Below, piece by piece: positions 44,801-53,074 of a stretch of 64,000 nt of DNA (position 1 is the first letter of the stretch; each line of letters begins with the position of its first letter). The position numbers and the translations under genes are program-made. The stretch is taken from assembly GCA_036502245.1 (NCBI GenBank), contig DASXYX010000026.1, forward strand, positions 8,575-72,574. Reading direction: 5' to 3'. The notes beneath the pieces are model-generated. The model saw only the letters and a program-made list of their open reading frames with translations. It had not been told where the DNA came from and ran no database searches. The DNA comes from Verrucomicrobiia bacterium. Its GTDB lineage: Bacteria; Verrucomicrobiota; Verrucomicrobiia; Limisphaerales; UBA11358.

Positions 44801-45628
44801 TCAAAACCATTCGTAACGGTTTTGCCAGTCGTAAGTGATCCAATCCATTTCTGCAAACGGGCGCTGGGCCACATGGCCATCCTGGAAAGCGATGTTGCCG
44901 CCGGTGGGACGAGTGCCGTCCAGATGGCTGGATGCGTAGCCGTAGGGCAAAATTGATTTCGGCGTGATGGTTTGGATATTTAAAAAATTTGAGTCGCGGT
45001 CAGGGCCGTCGGAAACAGTGATGTCGATGACCAATTCGGTGGAACTGACGTCAAGATTGGTGACCATCGTGGTCGTTTTGGCCACCAGCATCCGCGGACG
45101 GTTTGGGTTCGGATTCATCGAGGGACGATCCGGATTGACCCCGTCATTGCGCTGGATCATCCAATAGTACCCTGTGGATTTATACCGGCCATCCGAGGTG
45201 TAGGGTGGAGCGGAATTGAAGTTCCAACAATAATCAATGGTTGCCTGGTTCCGGACGTCTTTTGACGTGGTAGTGCTTGGGCAATACATCACCAGTCTGT
45301 TTTGCCCGAGCAGATTCACTATCCGATACGCCATCGCATTGGGCACATCCCAAAGATCGGTGCCGGCTTCGGCGGATTCAGGATTGCCGACGACATCCAC
45401 ATTGGGATTGGGAGCCAATGGATAAAACTCGTTATTGTCACCGGCATAAGTCTGCAAGGCTGCCCCGCATTGCCGGAGATTTGAAAGGCACGAGGTTTTT
45501 TGGGCGCGCTCATTGGCCCTGTGCAGTACCGGTACCAACAGGGCCGCCAAAATGCCGATGATCGCGATGACCACCAGCAATTCGATCAAGGTGAAACCGC
45601 CTCTGGCCTGGTTGACTTTGCTATTCAT
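44801..45628 (-). CDS. prepilin-type N-terminal cleavage/methylation protein with a DUF1559-like body
   Basis: [21 protein letters not shown] class-III signal sequence. The C-terminal region NIAFQDGHV resembles the DG motif of this family. Confidence 0.8.
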   Translation of the reverse strand: MNSKVNQARGGFTLIELLVVIAIIGILAALLVPVLHRANERAQKTSCLSNLRQCGAALQTYAGDNNEFYPLAPNPNVDVVGNPESAEAGTDLWDVPNAMAYRIVNLLGQNRLVMYCPSTTTSKDVRNQATIDYCWNFNSAPPYTSDGRYKSTGYYWMIQRNDGVNPDRPSMNPNPNRPRMLVAKTTTMVTNLDVSSTELVIDITVSDGPDRDSNFLNIQTITPKSILPYGYASSHLDGTRPTGGNIAFQDGHVAQRPFAEMDWITYDWQNRYEWF

Positions 45629-46199
45629 GTTTACTCGCCACATTTTTTTGGTGCTTCCCCGGGGCGGTGTGTTGTTTTGTGCCCGGCGGAGATACTGGTT
45701 CGATCTCGAAAATCGTGTCAACTATCACGGGCGATCCAATGGGCAGGCTTTGGACTCCGTAAACCAACCTGACATGCCCGGCATTCCGGCCAAGGATTTG
45801 AAAAAATAAACCTGACGCACCGTCGGCGACTGCCGCGTGTTCGGTAAATGACTCCGTCGTTGCCACCAATACCGTAAGCTTCACGAGTTTCTTAATTCGG
45901 TCCAAATCGCCAAGATGTTCCCTGGCGATGGCGAGCGCGTTAAGAGCCGCCAGGCGCGCAGCTTTCTGGCCGTCCTTAACCATAAGATTTTCTCCGAGCC
46001 GGCCCGCTATCGCGAGCTTGCGGTGGACAACCGGCAAGGTCCCGCTGAGGAAGAGCACATTGCCCGTGTCCAATGATTCAACGTAAGAGCCGAGAGGCGT
46101 GGGAGCTGCGGGGAGAGCAATTCCCAGTTTCTTTAGGCGTGAATCCGGACTGTTCGCGCGGTTTTTTTTATCCCTTGTCGCTTGCTTATGCTTTTTCAT
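45621..46199 (-). CDS. RidA/YjgF-family protein
   Basis: The core [32 protein letters not shown]...VKLTVLV...[18 protein letters not shown] fits the YjgF fold. Start ATG 46199 avoids overlap with the SDR gene. The basic N- and C-terminal tails are unusual. Confidence 0.65.
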   Translation of the reverse strand: MKKHKQATRDKKNRANSPDSRLKKLGIALPAAPTPLGSYVESLDTGNVLFLSGTLPVVHRKLAIAGRLGENLMVKDGQKAARLAALNALAIAREHLGDLDRIKKLVKLTVLVATTESFTEHAAVADGASGLFFQILGRNAGHVRLVYGVQSLPIGSPVIVDTIFEIEPVSPPGTKQHTAPGKHQKNVASKHE

Positions 46200-46212
46200 C
46201 TCTTGATTTTTC

Positions 46213-46956
46213 TCACCACTTGGCGCCTGCGTGTGCTCCCCCGTCAATCCGAATGTTCTCGCCGTTCACCATGGGCGCCGATTCCAAATACAGCAAAGCG
46301 TCCACGATTTCCGAAACTTGCACCAATCGCCCGGCCGGGCTGAGCATTTTCAGTTGCTCATGATCGTCGTTGGCGTGCATCGGCGTGTCCACGACCCCGG
46401 GCGAGATCGTGTTGGCTCGAATCCCGGTCGCCACGAATTCCATCGCCAATGCGCGGCTGAATGCTGGGATCGTGGACTTTGTGATCACGGGCAACGTGAT
46501 TGGCGCCCCGGCCAGCGGTTGATCGGTCAAGACAGTCGAGATGCTCACGACGTGCCCGGACTTCTGCTTGCGCATCTGCGCGATAACCTTCTGGGTAATG
46601 AAAAAGTATCCACCGATGTTCGTTGCGATCATGGTATCAAAATCTTCCGGGGTGTATTCCGTGAACGGCTTGGGAATGTAGATTCCCGCATTATTGACCA
46701 GGACGTCAACACGTCCGAATTGCCGGACGGCAGTATCAGCCACCTTTGCCGCCGTCTCCGTCTTGCTGATGTCTCCGTCCACCAGGACGAGGCTCGCGGA
46801 GGCTTTTAACGCCGCCGACCGGCTGATCGTTCGAGAATTGGCCACGACACGGTAACCGCGTTCAAGCAGGGCCAGGGTAATGCCCAGCCCGATGCCGCTT
46901 GAAGCGCCTGTGACAATCGCCACGCGTTCATCGTTAACTTTTGATTTTGTGCTCAT
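46213..46956 (-). CDS. short-chain dehydrogenase/reductase
   Basis: VAIVTGASSGIGLG (TGxxxGxG), NNAG, and a catalytic region in an SDR-length protein. Confidence 0.85.
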   Translation of the reverse strand: MSTKSKVNDERVAIVTGASSGIGLGITLALLERGYRVVANSRTISRSAALKASASLVLVDGDISKTETAAKVADTAVRQFGRVDVLVNNAGIYIPKPFTEYTPEDFDTMIATNIGGYFFITQKVIAQMRKQKSGHVVSISTVLTDQPLAGAPITLPVITKSTIPAFSRALAMEFVATGIRANTISPGVVDTPMHANDDHEQLKMLSPAGRLVQVSEIVDALLYLESAPMVNGENIRIDGGAHAGAKW

Positions 46957-47082
46957 AGGTAAGGGGATCGGTTCTTGATCTTGTAATAATCTTTCATTTT
47001 TTGCCCACGCATCCGCAGTTCCAGGAATGAATTTGGAACCCTGCTGCTTTCGACCATCGCATTATTCGGCTTTCACCAGGCT

Positions 47083-47102
47083 TGGCGGAAGGGGGTGGTT
47101 TC
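47083..47102 (-). other. partial duplicate of the tRNA-Ser 3' end (att-like remnant)
   Basis: TGGCGGAAGGGGGTGG matches the terminal TGGCGGAAGGGGTGGG of tRNA-Ser (48106-48121) apart from one extra G. Same orientation. Confidence 0.5.
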
Positions 47103-47122
47103 TGCGCCCTTTTTGCCATCTA

Positions 47123-47332
47123 GTGATCAAGGCTGTAAGGTCGGATTCGAACCCTCTACCGGATGGTTTGTCCGAAACCCTTATTGCCTACCGTTTGCGC
47201 AACAAAATGGCGAAAAATATTCTTGCTGTAAAGCTTGGTGTGAGTTTGGGCGCACTCAAAAACTGGGAGTTCGGGCGCACTCATCCCAACAGAAAATCAT
47301 GGCCCGCCATTCGCGCCAATTTGGGGACGTAA
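47123..47332 (+). CDS. possible small XRE-type HTH protein
   Basis: LIAYRLRNKMAKNILAVKLGVSLGALKNWEFGRTHP resembles an HTH_XRE core. The start is uncertain (GTG 47123, ATG 47207, or tracked 47027). The 5' part overlaps the tRNA-like fragment. Confidence 0.3.
   Translation: MIKAVRSDSNPLPDGLSETLIAYRLRNKMAKNILAVKLGVSLGALKNWEFGRTHPNRKSWPAIRANLGT
47131..47160 (-). other. second degenerate tRNA 3'-half-like fragment
   Basis: GGCTGTAAGGTCGGATTCGAACCCTC is similar to GGCGGAAGGGGTGGGATTCGAACCCAC of tRNA-Ser, with an exact 12-mer GGATTCGAACCC (47143-47154). The T-stem complementarity is lost. Confidence 0.4.
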
Positions 47333-47440
47333 GGGTGGATTCGCTCCCCCCATAGATTTTCTTCTCACATTGACTTTGTGGAAATCAAATCCTTTCATTT
47401 AACGCTTGAAAAATGAAATCAAAAGTTGGAAATTCTTACC

Positions 47441-47665
47441 ATGACGAGCACTATTACAACCAAAGGCCAGACGGTTGTGCCAAAGGAATTGCGCCAGAAG
47501 TTTGAACTCGAATCCGGCGCTGTTCTGGATTGGCGTGTCGAGGGTGATTCCATGCGCGTGGTCAAATTGACACGATTCACAAAAGGCGGTTTTGTCCAGG
47601 CGTTACGCCGTCTAGGCCGTGTGCCAGCCGCTCCGCGCGATTGCCGGCTCGTGGAGAACGCTTGA
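47441..47665 (+). CDS. AbrB/SpoVT-fold antitoxin (VapB-like)
   Basis: TTKGQTVVPKELRQKFELESGAVLDW is the typical swapped-hairpin motif. It sits immediately upstream of the PIN gene. Confidence 0.75.
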   Translation: MTSTITTKGQTVVPKELRQKFELESGAVLDWRVEGDSMRVVKLTRFTKGGFVQALRRLGRVPAAPRDCRLVENA

Positions 47666-48069
47666 GATTCCTTCTTGATACCAACGTTATTACCGAAGTC
47701 GCCAAGCCGCGACCCGATGCCCGCGTGTTGAATTGGCTTTTGGCGCATGAAGTGGCGAGTGGTGTTCCCAGCATAGCCATCGCCGAGCGGTATCAGGGAG
47801 CGCATAATGCTCCCAAGGAACACCGCGTCCGTTTGCTCGCAGAAGTGGATCATTTTATCCATGAGTTCGGAGAAGCCGTGGTTCCGTTTGACGCGGAAGC
47901 GGCTAAAGTGTGGGGTGAATATGTTTCGCGTCCTGCCTTGAAACAAAAACCTCGCAGCTACCCGGACACGCAGATTGCCGCCATTGTCTTGAGCCGGGGA
48001 TTAATCGTGGTAACGCGCAATACGCGGGATTTCCCCGAAGTACCAGTACTTAATCCGTTTGAGGATTAA
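47662..48069 (+). CDS. PIN-domain toxin (VapC-like)
   Basis: RFLLDTNVITEV N-terminal acidic motif and C-terminal VVTRNTRDF. A likely TTG start at 47662 overlaps the vapB stop. The tracked ORF starts at 47641. Confidence 0.8.
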   Translation: MRFLLDTNVITEVAKPRPDARVLNWLLAHEVASGVPSIAIAERYQGAHNAPKEHRVRLLAEVDHFIHEFGEAVVPFDAEAAKVWGEYVSRPALKQKPRSYPDTQIAAIVLSRGLIVVTRNTRDFPEVPVLNPFED

Positions 48070-48105
48070 ACTCCGGAAATCCTCGAAAAACCGAGGAAAC
48101 GGAGA

Positions 48106-48195
48106 TGGCGGAAGGGGTGGGATTCGAACCCACGGTAGAGTTGCCCCTACTCCTGATTTCGAGTCAGGTGCCTTTAACCACTCAGCCACCCTTCC
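48106..48195 (-). tRNA. tRNA-Ser (anticodon CGA)
   Basis: The reverse complement gives GGAAGGG...anticodon loop CTCGAAA...a long variable arm...GGTTCGAATCC...CCCTTCCGCCA. Length is 90 nt with an encoded CCA. Confidence 0.9.
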
Positions 48196-48349
48196 ACTGG
48201 TTGACGAGTTTCGCCCCATAGTTTGACCAGATTTTTGCCGGGAGCAAGTCCATTCATCTGTCATCGAAATGTAATGCCTCCGTGTTTGACTCAAGCGCAA
48301 AACTTAACTATTGTTTCAATTCACGAAATCGCAAAACGGATTCAATCTT

Positions 48350-49405
48350 ATGGCCGCCAAATCAGCAGAAAAATTAGCCGAAAAGGCATCGGAAACCAAA
48401 GCCGCCACCGCGCACGCACGCGAACTCGAAGCGGCCATCTCGACCATCACCAAAAGCTATGGCGACGGCGCTATCATGCGCCTGGGCGATGCCCGCGCGC
48501 AGAAAAAGATTGAAGTGATCCCTACTGGCTCGCTGGCCATTGATCTGGCTCTCGGCGTCGGCGGTGTGCCGCGAGGTCGCGTCGTTGAGATTTTCGGCCC
48601 CGAATCTTCCGGCAAAACTACTTTGATGCTCCATGTCATCGCCAATGCGCAAAAGAGCGGCGGCCTGGCGGCGTTCATCGATGCCGAGCACGCGCTCGAC
48701 CCCGCTTACGCCAAAAAGCTCGGCGTGAACCTGGACGACCTCCTCGTCTCTCAACCCGATTCCGGCGAAGAGGCCCTGACCATCTGCGAAACGCTCGCCC
48801 GCTCGAACGCACTCGATGTGATCGTTATCGATTCCGTTGCCGCGCTCGTCCCCAAGGCCGAGTTGGAAGGTGAAATGGGCATGCACACCATGGGCATGCA
48901 GGCGCGCCTCATGTCTCAAGCCCTGCGCAAGCTTACCGCCGTCCTCAACAAATCGAAAACCACCTGCGTTTTCACCAATCAATTGCGCGAGAAAGTCGGT
49001 GTCATGTTCGGCAATCCTGAAACCACTCCCGGCGGCAAGGCGCTGAAATTTTACGCGAGCGTGCGCATTGATATCCGTCGCAAGGACACGCTCAAAGACG
49101 CGGCCGGCAACGCCGTCGGCAACCACGTCAAAGTGAAGATCGTCAAAAACAAAGTCGCGCCGCCGTTCGCCGAGGCTGAATTCGACATCATCTACAACCA
49201 CGGCATCAACAAGGAAGGCAGCATCCTCGATGTAGGCATCGATGCCGGTGTGGTCGAGAAAAAAGGCGCCTGGCTGCAATTCGAAGGCGAACTGATCGGC
49301 CAGGGCAAAGAAGCCGCGCAAAAAGCGCTAGCCGAGAAACCCGCGGTGACGAAAAAGATCATCGATGCGATTATGGCAAAACGGAATAGCATAACGGCGG
49401 AATGA
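48350..49405 (+). CDS. recA: recombinase RecA
   Basis: [10 protein letters not shown] Walker [10 protein letters not shown], the L1/L2 loop regions, and [25 protein letters not shown]. Confidence 0.95.
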   Translation: MAAKSAEKLAEKASETKAATAHARELEAAISTITKSYGDGAIMRLGDARAQKKIEVIPTGSLAIDLALGVGGVPRGRVVEIFGPESSGKTTLMLHVIANAQKSGGLAAFIDAEHALDPAYAKKLGVNLDDLLVSQPDSGEEALTICETLARSNALDVIVIDSVAALVPKAELEGEMGMHTMGMQARLMSQALRKLTAVLNKSKTTCVFTNQLREKVGVMFGNPETTPGGKALKFYASVRIDIRRKDTLKDAAGNAVGNHVKVKIVKNKVAPPFAEAEFDIIYNHGINKEGSILDVGIDAGVVEKKGAWLQFEGELIGQGKEAAQKALAEKPAVTKKIIDAIMAKRNSITAE

Positions 49406-49426
49406 TTTTTAAACAACATTGGGTGC

Positions 49427-50128
49427 ATGGAACTTTCAGAAGTCGAGGCCAAACTCAAATTTGCTTTTCCGGATCGACACCGGCAAGCGCTTTTGAATCC
49501 CAATGATCCGATACATGAGTTATGTGCTTTTTTAGTCATTTCGGATTCCGACACTCTTTATCAGAATATTTGTCGCAAGAACGAATGGTTACATAGTTCT
49601 GACTTCAATGATCCGTGGCCAAATTTTTTAATCGCTTTTGCATCTAATCAGAGCGGTGATTATTTTGCTTACGATACCCGTAAAAGTCCGGTGAGCATTG
49701 TATACATTGATCCGGATAAAACTGTTGAGGAGAATCTTCAGGACGAAGAGGCGCTTTGGTATAATACTTTCGAACAGTGGTATAAGTCATACACGATGAA
49801 ATTACCAAAGGCGGAACAGGCATTCGTGGACATTGCTAAATTACGCGATTATTCTTTGGATATTGTTCACAAAGAAGGCAAACACAAAGCCCGTGTATTT
49901 GCGGCAGCACTGGGTTTGACTCGAAATGATGCAGATTGGTTCCGGGAACAGTTACTTGTGGCCGCAAAGGCCCATGATTGTCGTCTGGGCAAAATGACTG
50001 ACCATGGGCAACGTTACATTTTAGATTTTACTTTAAACCGAAATCAAAAATCAGCCATGGTCCGCAGTGTTTGGAACATTCGCCCGGATGAGGATTTTCC
50101 TAGATTGATAACCTGCTACGTGCTATAA
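49427..50128 (+). CDS. SMI1/KNR4 (SUKH)-like domain fused to a DUF6883-like domain
   Basis: The N-terminal half ends LIAFASNQSGDYFAYD...VYIDPD (SUKH-like). The C-terminal half has KLRDYSLDIVHKEGKHKARVFAAALGL...GQRYILDF...VWNIRPDEDFPRLITCYV, recalled as DUF6883-like. Lower GC than recA. Confidence 0.5.
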   Translation: MELSEVEAKLKFAFPDRHRQALLNPNDPIHELCAFLVISDSDTLYQNICRKNEWLHSSDFNDPWPNFLIAFASNQSGDYFAYDTRKSPVSIVYIDPDKTVEENLQDEEALWYNTFEQWYKSYTMKLPKAEQAFVDIAKLRDYSLDIVHKEGKHKARVFAAALGLTRNDADWFREQLLVAAKAHDCRLGKMTDHGQRYILDFTLNRNQKSAMVRSVWNIRPDEDFPRLITCYVL

Positions 50129-50135
50129 AATCATT

Positions 50136-50360
50136 GTGCAAAACGCGTCCGTAAAACTGCTTGATGTCGTCGCTTTACTGGAGGATAAGCCTGATGAAGG
50201 CCTCGCCGCCGGACAGGTGGGCACGGTCGTGGAGGTTTTTGCCCCTGACGTTTTCGAGGTGGAATTTCTCGATGCCAACGGCAGGACCATAGCTGTCACC
50301 GAATTTAAGCGCGAGGAGCTTCTGGTGCTCAAACATGAAGCCGCTGCCGCCACGGCTTAA
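50136..50360 (+). CDS. DUF4926-like small protein
   Basis: LLDVVALLEDKPDEGLAAGQVGTVVEVFAPDVFEVEFLDANGRTIAV fits my recollection of DUF4926. GTG start 8 nt after the previous stop. Confidence 0.55.
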   Translation: MQNASVKLLDVVALLEDKPDEGLAAGQVGTVVEVFAPDVFEVEFLDANGRTIAVTEFKREELLVLKHEAAAATA

Positions 50361-50386
50361 CCCGATGGTTTCTTCTTTTTAATCAC

Positions 50387-52030
50387 ATGAGTGACGTTCC
50401 CGATTTAGGACTCGATTTGGAGGGTTTGTTTCAGCCCGCATGGACTAAAGGCAAGGCTGAAACCAATCGCTTCGACCAATTCACCGGCCAGGAAGGCGTT
50501 AAACCCGAGCGCAGGCATGGCGATCGCCGTGGCCCCCGCCCCGGAGGCGGCCCGCGTCCGGATGGCGGCGGTCGCCGTGATGATCGTTCCCGTCCCGATA
50601 ATAGATTTGGCGGCAATAAATTTGGCGGTCCAAAGTTCGGCGGAAAACGCGATGGCCGTCGCGGCGACCGTGATGAACGTCGTGACGACGGTCCGCGCCG
50701 GGAACGTCCCGAACCGCCGGCGCCGTTGCCGGATGTGACCGTGACGTTTATTGCGGATGAAAAAGGTGTCGAACAATTGGCCCGGCAGATTCGGATGACT
50801 GGTCGCGCCTATCCTCTCTTCCAGATCGCGCAACTGATTTTGCAAAAGGCGGAGCGTTATTCCGTGCAATTGGCCGTTAAGAAAAAAGACGGCAACGTGG
50901 TGCAGCCGTTGTTCCTGTGCGCGCTCGACGATACCCCGTGGCTTTCGGAGGACGAAGCCGTTGAGCACGTTCTCAAAAATCATTTCGCCACGTTTTATCA
51001 GACCGATCGCACGCCGACCGATCCGCCCAAGGGGACTTACACGTTTGTGGCGCAATGCGGCATGAGCGGCGTCATCCTTGGCCCGCCCAATTATCACGAT
51101 TACCAGAACCAGTTGCGCAAGCTGCACACCGAGCGCTTCTCCCGCATGCCGTTCGACGCCTTCAAATCCCGCGTCAAGATCGTCAAAGACGAGGTGGTGG
51201 TGAAGAAATGGATTGAGGAACAAAGTTTCAAGATCGAGTACACCTGTCTCAACGTGCCCGAGCCGCTCAAGCTGCCGACGATGGAGGAAGTCGCGAAACA
51301 TTTCCGCACGACCCACAAGGAATCCATCATCAAGTCTGCTGAGACGGTGAAGGTGGACGGCGCCAAAAGCCGGAACCTGCGTTGCACCGGCCTGTATCGC
51401 CTCATCCGCGAGGAATGGGAAAACCAAAAACGTTTCCCGCTGCAACTGGCGATGGCGCTGAGCAAACAATTCGCTTCGCACGGTCTGCAATTCTTCAAGG
51501 TCAACAAGACCGTTGTCCATGTCAGCGTGGCGCGCCCGCAATTTTTGGACCTGGAGACCACACCGGTCTCGGAAAACATCAAGCGCCTCGTCGAATTTAT
51601 CAATGCTACGCCGAAATGCTCGCGCCGTAAATTGATCGAAACGCTCGCGCCCGCGCCGGCAAAACCCACCGTCCTGGAAGTCAAACCGGACGAGCCGAAT
51701 GTCCCGGAAACGCCCGAGCCGACGCCGGAACAGACCGCCTTGATCTCCGACCTGCACTGGCTCATCCACCAGGGCCATGTCCTGGAATTTGCCGATGGCC
51801 GCATGGAGACTGCCAAGAAGCCGTTGCCCAGGCCGCCCAGGCCCGAAAAGAAACCGGCGGAAGAAACGACTGCCGCTGAAGGCGAAGCGGCGGCATTGCT
51901 GGACGCTGCACCGGAGATTCCCATTTCCGCTGAACCTGTTTCAACGCCTGAAACGATGCCCGATGCGCCGTCGGCCGAGTCCGCATCCACCGAAACGCCG
52001 CCCACAGAGCAGGTTCCTTCGCCATCATAA
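50387..52030 (+). CDS. conserved-looking hypothetical protein with an R/G/D-rich N-terminal tail and a P/E/T/A-rich C-terminal tail
   Basis: 547-aa ORF. The first roughly 115 aa are low complexity (RRGPRPGGGPRPDGGGRRDD...FGGNKFGGPKFGGKRDGRRGDRDERRDD), followed by a globular core of about 300 aa. No motif recognised. Confidence 0.55.
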   Translation: MSDVPDLGLDLEGLFQPAWTKGKAETNRFDQFTGQEGVKPERRHGDRRGPRPGGGPRPDGGGRRDDRSRPDNRFGGNKFGGPKFGGKRDGRRGDRDERRDDGPRRERPEPPAPLPDVTVTFIADEKGVEQLARQIRMTGRAYPLFQIAQLILQKAERYSVQLAVKKKDGNVVQPLFLCALDDTPWLSEDEAVEHVLKNHFATFYQTDRTPTDPPKGTYTFVAQCGMSGVILGPPNYHDYQNQLRKLHTERFSRMPFDAFKSRVKIVKDEVVVKKWIEEQSFKIEYTCLNVPEPLKLPTMEEVAKHFRTTHKESIIKSAETVKVDGAKSRNLRCTGLYRLIREEWENQKRFPLQLAMALSKQFASHGLQFFKVNKTVVHVSVARPQFLDLETTPVSENIKRLVEFINATPKCSRRKLIETLAPAPAKPTVLEVKPDEPNVPETPEPTPEQTALISDLHWLIHQGHVLEFADGRMETAKKPLPRPPRPEKKPAEETTAAEGEAAALLDAAPEIPISAEPVSTPETMPDAPSAESASTETPPTEQVPSPS

Positions 52031-52033
52031 TGA

Positions 52034-52080
52034 TTCGGAGGGACGAGCTCTGCGAGTCCTCAAAATTCGATTTTCAATCC
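52034..52080 (+). repeat. 3'-end-associated repeat family C, copy a
   Basis: TTCGGAGGGACGAGCTCTGCGAGTCCTCAAAAT starts 4 nt after the stop of the preceding gene. Confidence 0.7.
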
Positions 52081-52134
52081 GCGCTCCTCTATCCTGGTAT
52101 GGTCCTTGATGGCAAATGTGCTCTCAAGCGTTCA

Positions 52135-52177
52135 TTCTCTCCCCGCGATTAAGCGGGGAGAGAACCAGAGAGAGGGG
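52135..52177. repeat. palindromic element family B, copy 3
   Basis: TTCTCTCCCCGC (52135-52146) pairs with GCGGGGAGAGAA (52153-52164), followed by the tail CCAGAGAGAGGGG. Confidence 0.75.
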
Positions 52178-52278
52178 TTTAAAAAAATTCTCATCCTGCC
52201 CGACATCTTCGTTCCCTTTGTTTCCTTCTGTAAAAAATTAGCGTTCATTAGTCGAACCTGTCCCGACGCGTTGGGAAA

Positions 52279-52878
52279 TTAATTTGCGCGGGCCAGCTTC
52301 ACCAACGCGCATAAGGTGAAATTTTTCCCCGTATAAAGCGGTTGCAGGTCAGCCTGACCCACCGGCAGCAAACCGCCCGGAAAAGGAATGTCGCCGCCAT
52401 AGCCACTCGTGGCGTTGACGTCCACATTATAACCCGCCATCCCCTCATACCATACAGAGCCCTGGTCATCTTCGTCATTGACGTCCATGTTCATTTCCAA
52501 ACCCGTCAATTTGATGCCGGTCTTTTCCAATTCTGCCGCTTCCCGTTTATCATCCAGCACAAACCTGCCGCCCGTCCCGTGACCGGTCGTCACGACAGGA
52601 ACAAAGTTTCCCTCCGGCGTGATGATGGGAAAATCATTTGTATGCGCCAGCAGATAACTGGCGATTTGATACCGCACTTTGATGGAATCCGGCCCCACGC
52701 TGTTGGTTGTGTAAGGCAGAAGCAATTCATTCGGCGCCTTGACCGCTGCAAAGGTCACCACATACCGGTGGAACTGGAGGGGTTTTGCATTCGCCTGGCG
52801 ATCAGCCGGAGACTGGTCAGTTGGTTTTGAGCATCCTGCCAGAAGCAGCATGCCGAGCAACGGCAGCAGGAGTTTCAT
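52279..52878 (-). CDS. hypothetical lipoprotein
   Basis: MKLLLPLLGMLLLAGCSKP carries a lipobox (LAGC). The mature part has no recognised domain. Confidence 0.55.
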   Translation of the reverse strand: MKLLLPLLGMLLLAGCSKPTDQSPADRQANAKPLQFHRYVVTFAAVKAPNELLLPYTTNSVGPDSIKVRYQIASYLLAHTNDFPIITPEGNFVPVVTTGHGTGGRFVLDDKREAAELEKTGIKLTGLEMNMDVNDEDDQGSVWYEGMAGYNVDVNATSGYGGDIPFPGGLLPVGQADLQPLYTGKNFTLCALVKLARAN

Positions 52879-53074
52879 ACCTGCAACTATATTTCGCAGG
52901 TGGTGGACTGTCCAGAAGCGTTTTGACCAGCTCTATGCTCAAGACTATTTTTGGATTTTGTGATTTCTCTGGATGTTGGAGCTTGGGATTTGGATGTTTC
53001 TTTTCGCGTCCCTCCGTGGTCAAAACCCTTTATTTGATTGCTTCCAATAATCCGCCAATCTGCTACGCTGATTC

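Noticed and set aside
48196-48349. Search for an SOS/LexA box upstream of recA
   Set aside because: The only weak candidate is TGTTTCAATTCACGAA, which is not a good palindrome. I cannot support a regulatory call.
48374-49321. 315-aa ORF antisense to recA
   Set aside because: It lies entirely opposite an unambiguous recA gene. Its translation is an Arg/Gly/Ala/Asp/His-rich mirror-frame product typical of high-GC coding regions, with no start context or recognisable domain.
50405-51778. 457-aa ORF antisense to the 547-aa hypothetical gene
   Set aside because: It has the same mirror-frame signature (R/G/L/F-rich, low complexity). The plus-strand ORF has the more protein-like composition, a defined start and a compact gap from the preceding gene.
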